Origin: Bdellovibrio sp.
Lineage (GTDB): Bacteria; Bdellovibrionota; Bdellovibrionia; Bdellovibrionales; Bdellovibrionaceae
Assembly: GCA_036677065.1 (NCBI GenBank)
Contig: JAKFBS010000001.1
Coordinates: 1-64,000 of the forward strand
Reading direction: 5' to 3'
Length of the DNA stretch: 64,000 nt
The notes below the pieces were generated by a model that saw nothing but the letters and a program-made list of their open reading frames with translations, ran no database searches and was not told the origin of the DNA. This document shows positions 56,958 through 64,000 of the stretch, piece by piece (the stretch's first letter is position 1; the number at the start of each line of letters is the position of its first letter). A program made the translations under genes and the position numbers.

Positions 56958-58142
56958 ATGAGAACAATGCGTAACAATTTACAGATATTTTTATTAGCCC
57001 TAGGTCTAGTAATTTTAACCGGTTGTAACAATGGCAAAACCAAAGAATCTGTATTCTCAGAAAACGCCCAATCTTACTGTGAAGCTAGCACTTTAAAAAA
57101 TCGCTACGTTGTTCAATGGGAAGACGGATCAATCACAGTTGAAAAAAGTAAAGACGGTCAATCTGATGACGAATTCAGAGAAACATTTGTTAAAGATAAT
57201 TTAGCATTAATTAAACATGTTGATCGCGATTTTCAAATTCGTGTTCGTCCGATGGCAAAATCATCTGATGTTCAGGCTTCAGCCACAAATTTAAGTTGGG
57301 GTCCGGAACGCATGCAAGCTGATCTTGTCTGGGCGCAAGGCTACAAAGGCCAAGGCGTCAAAGTCGGCGTCGTTGACGGCATGGTTGATCCATCACATGT
57401 GCAACTTTCTAATAATGTTATTTCAGCAGAGCAATTTAATAACGAAGTAAATGATCCTAATTTAAATATTCACGGTACGCATGTGGCAGGCATTATTGCT
57501 GCAGATCCAAATTTTGGACCTGTGGGCGGAGTTGCCCCGTCAGCAAAAATTCTTTCAGGACAGTTTATCAGTAATGCGGGTGGTGGTTCTTTAGGTGAAG
57601 CTATCTTAGCGATGAATTCTGTGGCCAACAAAGGCGCAAAAATTATCAATATGTCTTGGGGTGGTGCAGGTTGTGTAACATCATTAAAAGACGCTGTTGA
57701 ATCTTTATCTAATCGCGGAATTTTAATTGTAACTGCCGCAGGCAATGAAGGTGTGAATTCTGATTATTCACCCGACTATCCAGCTGCTTTTCGTTTAGCG
57801 AATCAAATTAATGTGGCAGCAACGACAATTGATGATCGTTTTATTTCATTTTCAAATCGCGGCATTCACACCGTGAATGTCGGGGCTCCTGGTGTTTCGA
57901 TTTATTCGACGATTCCGGGTAATCGCATTGATGATATGGATGGCACGAGCATGGCGGCACCAATGGTCTCTGGTGCAGCAGCTTTATTATGGAGTGCTGT
58001 GCCCGCTGCGACGGCTCAGCAGATCAAACAGGCGATTTTTTCTTCAGTAGATGTATATCCTGAATACCAAGTTAGCACGCGTGGCCGTGTTAATGTGAAA
58101 AAAGCTTTAGATGCGTTACGTGCGATGCTATCATCGCAGTAA
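56958..58142 (+). CDS. Subtilisin-like S8 serine peptidase, lipoprotein
   Basis: Lipobox LTGC; VVDG, HGTHVAG, AAGN, GTSMAAP. Confidence 0.92.
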   Translation: MRTMRNNLQIFLLALGLVILTGCNNGKTKESVFSENAQSYCEASTLKNRYVVQWEDGSITVEKSKDGQSDDEFRETFVKDNLALIKHVDRDFQIRVRPMAKSSDVQASATNLSWGPERMQADLVWAQGYKGQGVKVGVVDGMVDPSHVQLSNNVISAEQFNNEVNDPNLNIHGTHVAGIIAADPNFGPVGGVAPSAKILSGQFISNAGGGSLGEAILAMNSVANKGAKIINMSWGGAGCVTSLKDAVESLSNRGILIVTAAGNEGVNSDYSPDYPAAFRLANQINVAATTIDDRFISFSNRGIHTVNVGAPGVSIYSTIPGNRIDDMDGTSMAAPMVSGAAALLWSAVPAATAQQIKQAIFSSVDVYPEYQVSTRGRVNVKKALDALRAMLSSQ

Positions 58143-59426
58143 ATGCGCGCTAAGGTTACTCAATTACTTCTTATTCTTTTTTTTAGCCACCTATGTTGGG
58201 CTTTAGATTTTGATTCCAAAACTGAAGTCTTCATTGCAGGAAATTCGTACTTAACTGAATCAGAGTTCGCAGAAAAAAATCAAGTTCTGTATTTTTTAAC
58301 CAGCGATAATAAAATTAAGCTCAATTCAAAATATGAATTTGCCTTGTCGCCTGAAGTTTATTTTTTAGATAATCAGAAAAAAGAACATAAAGATAAGGCC
58401 TTTGTTGATGCCAAAGAACTGGGTTTAAATTATTTTGGGGCGAAATTAAGTTGGACGCTTGGATTTTTTCAGATGAAAAAAGAAGGCCCTGATGTTTTAG
58501 ATCCACTGGATTATCAACAGCCAAAAAACTACCTTGATCCCCTACACTCGGGAAAGCTCTCATTACTAGGTGTGAAGGCCGAACTAGCAGTTAATAACTA
58601 CATTACTTTTGAAGTCGGTTTTACCCCGAAAAATCGTATTCCCATAATTCCGCAAGAAAGTTCTGCCTGGTATCCCCGCGAAGGAATTCTACCAACTGAA
58701 TCTGACAGTTATTTAATTACTCTTCCTGAAAATCCTAATTACCACATCAATAATCAGGAGCGCTCAGAAGATGACTTAAAGAATAATTATATTTTTAAAA
58801 CTAAAATCACGACCTCATACACTGATATAGTTTTGCAAGTGGCAGAAACACTTTCGAGTTCTCCTGAGATCTCACCGACTTTAACTGGTAATTTAATTTC
58901 GGCGTCTCCTGTTTTCACTATTGAGCTGACAAATCCAATTGAATTAGATGTGCGCTGGAAAAAGGTAAAAAACTATGGTGGTGGATTTAATATTCCGCTG
59001 GAGTCATTAGGTTTAATTATTAAAATATTTTCTAATCAGGAAATCAGTGAAAGTAAAAAAACACTGATGACCACAGTAGCCTTTGAAAAAACATTCGGAC
59101 AGCTGATCGCTATCTTAGAAACCACAAACCAACAAATTAATAGCCGTGTGGATAACAGCAACTTATCAACGATGACTAATCTGTATAAAAATGCACAGGC
59201 CGTAGGACTTCGTTATGCACCTAATGATAAATTTAGCTTATTGGCCGGTGGCTTATATGATTCTGCCCAAGGGTCATATGTCGGCACGCTACGTCCGAAA
59301 TACTTATTCACGCAAAATGCCTATGTCGAATTACAATTGATTGCTGTGGGTGGCAAAGAAGGCTCACTTCTTTCGTATTTTGATAAAGCCGATTCGGCTT
59401 CACTAAAGATTGGCACTAGTTTTTAG
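58143..59426 (+). CDS. Putative outer-membrane beta-barrel protein
   Basis: Signal peptide, DAKEL, D..DP.D, amphipathic strands, C-terminal LKIGTSF. Confidence 0.65.
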   Translation: MRAKVTQLLLILFFSHLCWALDFDSKTEVFIAGNSYLTESEFAEKNQVLYFLTSDNKIKLNSKYEFALSPEVYFLDNQKKEHKDKAFVDAKELGLNYFGAKLSWTLGFFQMKKEGPDVLDPLDYQQPKNYLDPLHSGKLSLLGVKAELAVNNYITFEVGFTPKNRIPIIPQESSAWYPREGILPTESDSYLITLPENPNYHINNQERSEDDLKNNYIFKTKITTSYTDIVLQVAETLSSSPEISPTLTGNLISASPVFTIELTNPIELDVRWKKVKNYGGGFNIPLESLGLIIKIFSNQEISESKKTLMTTVAFEKTFGQLIAILETTNQQINSRVDNSNLSTMTNLYKNAQAVGLRYAPNDKFSLLAGGLYDSAQGSYVGTLRPKYLFTQNAYVELQLIAVGGKEGSLLSYFDKADSASLKIGTSF

Positions 59427-60901
59427 TCGATCAAACCCAATTCAAAATACAATTTATTATCTTTACTATAATAAATCTTTTTAAGCTGCGCAGAGGCTGT
59501 GCTCGTTAGTTTTAAAACACTTAAGTTCGCTGTTGCCCAGTTATCACTGAAAAACTTTTTTGCTGTGGTATCAACGATGCTTGTCGAAATACGCTTTGAA
59601 CAATCATGGCGATCAAGATAACCCGCATCCCACACCGCACCCGTTTTAAGTGAAGAAATCTTTGTTTGCACTTTGGCTGCATCGGCTATGTTTGAAACCG
59701 CTGTCAGGTTCGCGCGTAGGTACACCATCGCCTCATTACGCTCCATCACCCAAATACCTGCTGTGGCTGTGATATTAAGATTATTCACGTAACTATCAGG
59801 CTTTAATACGATACTCAGCGATTCTAACACGGGTCTAAGAATTAACTCTTGCCCCTTGGGTATTTTCATCAACGCTGGCCAAACAAAAAACTGCTTGAAG
59901 CGAGATCTCGTCAGTTTATCTAATTCAGAGATACTTTTTGATGAGTATGCAAGTTTTGCTAATTTTGCCGTTAAACCTTGTTTTAAAAACTCTTGCAGTT
60001 CTGTTTTATCGACAATCATCGCCCCATCTGAATTCAGTGTATAATTTGTCACTGGAGTAAAAGTAATATCAGGATTATTCAAAGAAAATCCGATATCAAT
60101 ATAGTTTTCATTAACCTGCAATAAACTAAATAATGGCGCAGATAACCCCTCAACAGTTAAGACTTGGTCTTTAATTGCTTTTTCTGCTTTAGCGGCATAC
60201 TTCTGAAGCTGAACCGCCAGTAATGAATTAATTTTTTCTAATAGTACGGGTTTATAAAAATCAATGCGCGCAAATTGCTGTAAAATTTCATCGGCCACAA
60301 GATCTTCAAAGCCCAATATATTATCGCATTTAAAATTTTGCACCGTTAGTTTCGGTGTACCAATATTGATATCTGTAACCGTTGCTGACAGATCAACATG
60401 ATCTGCTTTCGCCGAGCCAGCAATTCCTGCTCGCACACTAATAGCATCTGTGGCAGTGATCAATTTGATATTTTCACATGATGATTTCACATGAACTTTT
60501 AGAATAACGCCGTTAATTTCTTTCACTAAATATGTATCAATCACAATTTTAGGAACTGTGATTTCAAGCTTCGGCGCAACTAGCGCGAAATCAATATTAT
60601 TATTTTGAATTGGATTAAAATTAACTGTTTGCCAGTCTAAATTATATTCAATGTTGTTCACAGCAATGGGGATCAAAGACGTGAATGACAATGGCTTTTC
60701 GTACACACCATTGAGAGGTTTTTTCTGGACTATTAAATTCTCTAGCGTCTGTTTAAGCTTTGTTGTTGAAACAAGGAAATGCCCCGAGAGCTTTTGTGCG
60801 TAGGTATTTACCGAAAACAATAAAACAAAAATTATTGATAAAGCTCTACATGTTTTTTGTTTTTCGTCCGATAAAAATAAACAGTCCTTGTTTTGTAGCA
60901 T
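59423..60901 (-). CDS. Secreted beta-rich protein, possibly BPI/LBP (TULIP)-like
   Basis: GAGGG SD before ATG 60901; hydrophobic signal ending TYA-Q; long beta strands then helix; fold is inference. Confidence 0.55.
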   Translation of the reverse strand: MLQNKDCLFLSDEKQKTCRALSIIFVLLFSVNTYAQKLSGHFLVSTTKLKQTLENLIVQKKPLNGVYEKPLSFTSLIPIAVNNIEYNLDWQTVNFNPIQNNNIDFALVAPKLEITVPKIVIDTYLVKEINGVILKVHVKSSCENIKLITATDAISVRAGIAGSAKADHVDLSATVTDINIGTPKLTVQNFKCDNILGFEDLVADEILQQFARIDFYKPVLLEKINSLLAVQLQKYAAKAEKAIKDQVLTVEGLSAPLFSLLQVNENYIDIGFSLNNPDITFTPVTNYTLNSDGAMIVDKTELQEFLKQGLTAKLAKLAYSSKSISELDKLTRSRFKQFFVWPALMKIPKGQELILRPVLESLSIVLKPDSYVNNLNITATAGIWVMERNEAMVYLRANLTAVSNIADAAKVQTKISSLKTGAVWDAGYLDRHDCSKRISTSIVDTTAKKFFSDNWATANLSVLKLTSTASAQLKKIYYSKDNKLYFELGLID

Positions 60902-60944
60902 GTGAATCCCTCGTGGATAAACTATTCGGTAGAAAGAATTTTTA

Positions 60945-63900
60945 ATGAAGTACTTTGGAACAAGATTTATAAAATATTTTAGCAACAAAAATGAAAAAAG
61001 TGTGGAATCTTTTATCAAAATTTTTGCACTTTGTTTAGTTGCTGTATTCTGTCTAAGTTTTTACAGTTTAAAACATCTTTCATCTGAATATAACATCAAA
61101 CAATTTTTTCCTAAGAAGCATGCCTTACTTGAACAAGAGCGTCGTGTCGTTGCCCACTTTAAGCTGCAGGAAAAATCCAGCTTAGTTCTAATCCTTGAAA
61201 ATAAGAATGCAGCACCCTGGATGAACCAGAAATTGATTAATCAGTTACGTAATTTTGCTACAGATATCGAATCACAAGATACTGTAAAAACCCTGTACAG
61301 TTTAGGCAAGATTCAGGGAACATTCGAAGTTAACCAGGACTTATATGTAGGGGATCTATTCGCGCAAGTCCCCGTTAAGTACTGGAATAAAATGATCGCC
61401 ACTCACCCTATCGCTAAACCAAATTTACTTTCCCACAACGGCAAACAGACTTTGTTCGTCATCGAACTTACTGAAAATACGCCGGATAAAATGCAGGCTT
61501 TTCAAAGTTTCATCGGTAAATTACAAAAAACTAAATATCCAAATATCAACGTAAACTATGCAGGCGTGCCTCTTTTGCAAAATGATGTCGCAAAACTTTT
61601 AAAATCTGAACTCGTTCGTTCGGTGATCTTTGGTGTATTGGTTTTTATCGGTGTACTTGGAGCTATCTTCTCTGGTTGGTCAGGCTTAGTGTTATCCGTA
61701 ATTAATTTAATCTTTGTTAACGTTATCAGTTTAAGTCTATTAGTGCTGCTAGGGATTAAATTAGATGTCTTACTATCTACATTGCCTGTGTTGGTCAGCC
61801 TAATGACGATCTCGTTAACCGTTCATATATTATTGCGTGTATCCGCACTTGAAGACTATCGCAGTGACAATATCAAAACTAAATTCTTTGGTATTATCGA
61901 AAATTTACGCTCTCACTTTTTAGAGTACTTCTTAGCTACTCTAATGCCGGCCATTGGCTTTTTAATGTTAATGACTTCAGATATCGGCATTATTCATAAA
62001 TATGGAAAATCAGTTTCAACTGTAATTGTATTAAGCTGGTTTTTATCTCAATTATTTATGATTCCGGCTTTATTGTTTTTACCTAAAGTGGTTTTGCGTT
62101 CGTGGTCCTCTAAAAAAGCCTTCTGGAGTTTGCGCCTACTTAAATATGGCAACCCCGTGATGGCCGCCACATATAGCCTATTTGTATTTGGTATTATTGG
62201 TTTTTTCTTTTTAAACTGGAATACGCGCTTATTCGATGATCTTCCTAAAGACAGCGCTACCCGTATTAATACTGAAAAAATTGATTCTTCTTTCGGTGGA
62301 ACGATTCCGGTATCTATTGTTTTATTTGGTCAGGAAAAAACCTGGGTTGATCCGCAAGCTATGAAAAATTTAGATCTACTGTCGAAAGATCTTAAAAAAC
62401 TGGCCTCGGTTGGATCAGTTATTTCTACGGCAGATTTATTAAAAAAATCATCTCTAAAAGGTTCAAGGCTTCCGGCTACGGCTGCAGAAGCTTCTGAGTC
62501 TTTGTTTTTATTTTCGATGGCAGAGAATGACCCCACCGCTTCTTATCTCAACCAGTTAAACTATTTAACTCGCTTAGAGTTAAGATTAAAAGACACTCCG
62601 TTTTACACGCAACAAGCTGATTTAGAACGGGCGAAACATTTAATTCAAAAATATTTTCCGGGTATCCGTTACAATGTTTCTGGAATGGGTGTTAGTGCGC
62701 ATCAACTGAATTCAGAAATGTCGAAAGAATTAATTTTCAGTTTCTGGCATGCGATTGTCGTGATCGGCTTAATTTTAGTTGTTGTGTTTCGCTCTTACAA
62801 ATGGGCTCTGGTAGCTTGTCTGCCAAACCTGGTTCCACCTTTGGCACTTATTGCTATTCTAGCTGCAACCCGCACACCTATTAAACCAAGCGTAGCTATT
62901 ATATTTTCTATCGCGATTGGCTTAGCATTTTCTAATACGGTGTACCTATTAGGTAAGCTTAAAAAAGTTATTAAAGAAAAAAATCTAATAGACTATTTAC
63001 CGGTTAAGTCTATGCTCGTTTCAGAGATGATTCCGTGTTTATTAGCTACCTTACTTGTAGCTTCTGGATTTATCGTATTTACATTTTCGTACTTTGAAAT
63101 GAATAAGATTTTTGGAGTTTATATGATTCTTTCCATTTTTGCCGGCGCGTTTGCAGATTTATTGTTTTTACCGACTTTTATCAAACGCTATCCGAAATTT
63201 TTATTACAAAAGCAAGCGATGCTTCCTCCAAAATTAGTTACCGCAACAACAGCGGCTACATTTTTATTGTTCATAGTTTTTTCACAAAATTCTTTTTCTG
63301 CACCGATCAATGTGGACACTCTGTTAAAAAAATCAAAATCATTAATCGCAAGTAAAGATGACGTAGCTGATGTGATGATGAAAATTATTGAAAAAGACGG
63401 TTCAGTAAAAGAGCGCTCCATGCAGATCAAACGTAAGTTTGGCGCTAAACACATGACTCTAGTTCGAATGAAAGCTCCTGCGGATCTTAAAGGCACTGCT
63501 TTATTAAATGTTATTGAAGGCGGCGAAGAAAATCAGTGGTTGTATTTACCGTCGAGCAAGCAAGTTCGCCGCATTATGGGTCAGCAGAATAAAAAAGCTG
63601 GAGTTTTAGGCTCTGAACTTACACCTGAAGATTTAGACATCACGACCGTTAAGGGATCAAAAGCAACTTTGGTTAAAGAAATGAAAGTTGGAAACCAAGA
63701 TTTTGCCTTAATTGAAATCAAATCAAACTCGAACACCACTGAATATTCAAAAGCTTTAGTGTTAGTGTCGCTAAAAAGCAGCTTACCTGCTCGTCTTGAG
63801 TACTATGATAAGCAAAATAAAGCCGTTAAACGTGTGGATTTTGAAAATTACATACTAGTTGGTGGCGCATATCGCGCTCAGTCAATAAAGGTGCGCAATT

Positions 63901-64000
63901 TAGTCAATAAAAGAGGCACCGATTTGATTCTTTCAAACATTAAATCAAATTCAGGTCTGACTGAAGATGAGTTTTCTCAGCGCGCATTATCACGAGAGTA
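60945..64000 (+). CDS. MMPL/RND-family exporter fused in-frame to a LolA-like lipoprotein-sorting domain (3' truncated by window)
   Basis: Hand-translated segments in one frame from ATG 60945: FFPKKH, last TM ADLLFLPTF, then APADLKGTALL and NQWLYLPSSKQVRRI; absent from ORF track, consistent with no stop before the window end. Confidence 0.85.
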   Translation, partial: MKYFGTRFIKYFSNKNEKSVESFIKIFALCLVAVFCLSFYSLKHLSSEYNIKQFFPKKHALLEQERRVVAHFKLQEKSSLVLILENKNAAPWMNQKLINQLRNFATDIESQDTVKTLYSLGKIQGTFEVNQDLYVGDLFAQVPVKYWNKMIATHPIAKPNLLSHNGKQTLFVIELTENTPDKMQAFQSFIGKLQKTKYPNINVNYAGVPLLQNDVAKLLKSELVRSVIFGVLVFIGVLGAIFSGWSGLVLSVINLIFVNVISLSLLVLLGIKLDVLLSTLPVLVSLMTISLTVHILLRVSALEDYRSDNIKTKFFGIIENLRSHFLEYFLATLMPAIGFLMLMTSDIGIIHKYGKSVSTVIVLSWFLSQLFMIPALLFLPKVVLRSWSSKKAFWSLRLLKYGNPVMAATYSLFVFGIIGFFFLNWNTRLFDDLPKDSATRINTEKIDSSFGGTIPVSIVLFGQEKTWVDPQAMKNLDLLSKDLKKLASVGSVISTADLLKKSSLKGSRLPATAAEASESLFLFSMAENDPTASYLNQLNYLTRLELRLKDTPFYTQQADLERAKHLIQKYFPGIRYNVSGMGVSAHQLNSEMSKELIFSFWHAIVVIGLILVVVFRSYKWALVACLPNLVPPLALIAILAATRTPIKPSVAIIFSIAIGLAFSNTVYLLGKLKKVIKEKNLIDYLPVKSMLVSEMIPCLLATLLVASGFIVFTFSYFEMNKIFGVYMILSIFAGAFADLLFLPTFIKRYPKFLLQKQAMLPPKLVTATTAATFLLFIVFSQNSFSAPINVDTLLKKSKSLIASKDDVADVMMKIIEKDGSVKERSMQIKRKFGAKHMTLVRMKAPADLKGTALLNVIEGGEENQWLYLPSSKQVRRIMGQQNKKAGVLGSELTPEDLDITTVKGSKATLVKEMKVGNQDFALIEIKSNSNTTEYSKALVLVSLKSSLPARLEYYDKQNKAVKRVDFENYILVGGAYRAQSIKVRNLVNKRGTDLILSNIKSNSGLTEDEFSQRALSRE

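Noticed and set aside
60902..61018. N-terminal extension of the 531-aa minus ORF
   Set aside because: Overlaps the MMPL gene start; SD supports ATG 60901
1..64000. CRISPR array, rRNA, IS elements
   Set aside because: No regularly spaced repeats, rRNA-like sequence or transposase motifs seen

Overview
A low-GC (by eye roughly high-30s %) chromosomal window. Gene content points to a predatory Bdellovibrionota (Bdellovibrio/Pseudobdellovibrio-like) genome, which is an inference: RRM proteins, a nadD-rsfS fusion, L21 with an Ala/Lys tail, Tad/pil genes and many secreted hydrolases. Housekeeping blocks are rseP-tsaB-MinD-like-DnaJ/HTH-rluD-pgeF, reverse transsulfuration, mdh-sucCD, ndk-RNA MTase-pilF-rodZ, nadE, rimO, rplU-rpmA-obgE-nadD/rsfS-rlmH, rng, pilT, deoC-pdp-punA and asnS. 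Accessory regions (about 4.2-21.4 kb and 57-64 kb) are rich in secreted and outer-membrane proteins. There is one tRNA-Phe, and no CRISPR, rRNA, integrase or transposase was seen. The strongest leads are five. (1) An unannotated stand-alone 27-aa Lys-rich micro-gene (25300-25383) with its own promoter, a GNRA-hairpin leader and a terminator. (2) A signal-peptide-bearing fusion of a CCA/poly(A)-polymerase-like nucleotidyltransferase and a complete second NadD-like domain, behind a sigma54-type promoter. (3) A translationally coupled RRM - IF-1 paralogue - DOT1-like methyltransferase operon with SD-sequestering leaders. (4) An MMPL/RND-LolA-like fusion missing from the ORF track, carrying an internal signal peptide and flanked by a BPI/TULIP-like protein and a beta-barrel. 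(5) Readable sigma28-like, sigma54-like and leaderless promoter classes. All family calls are by motif recognition; no database searches were run.
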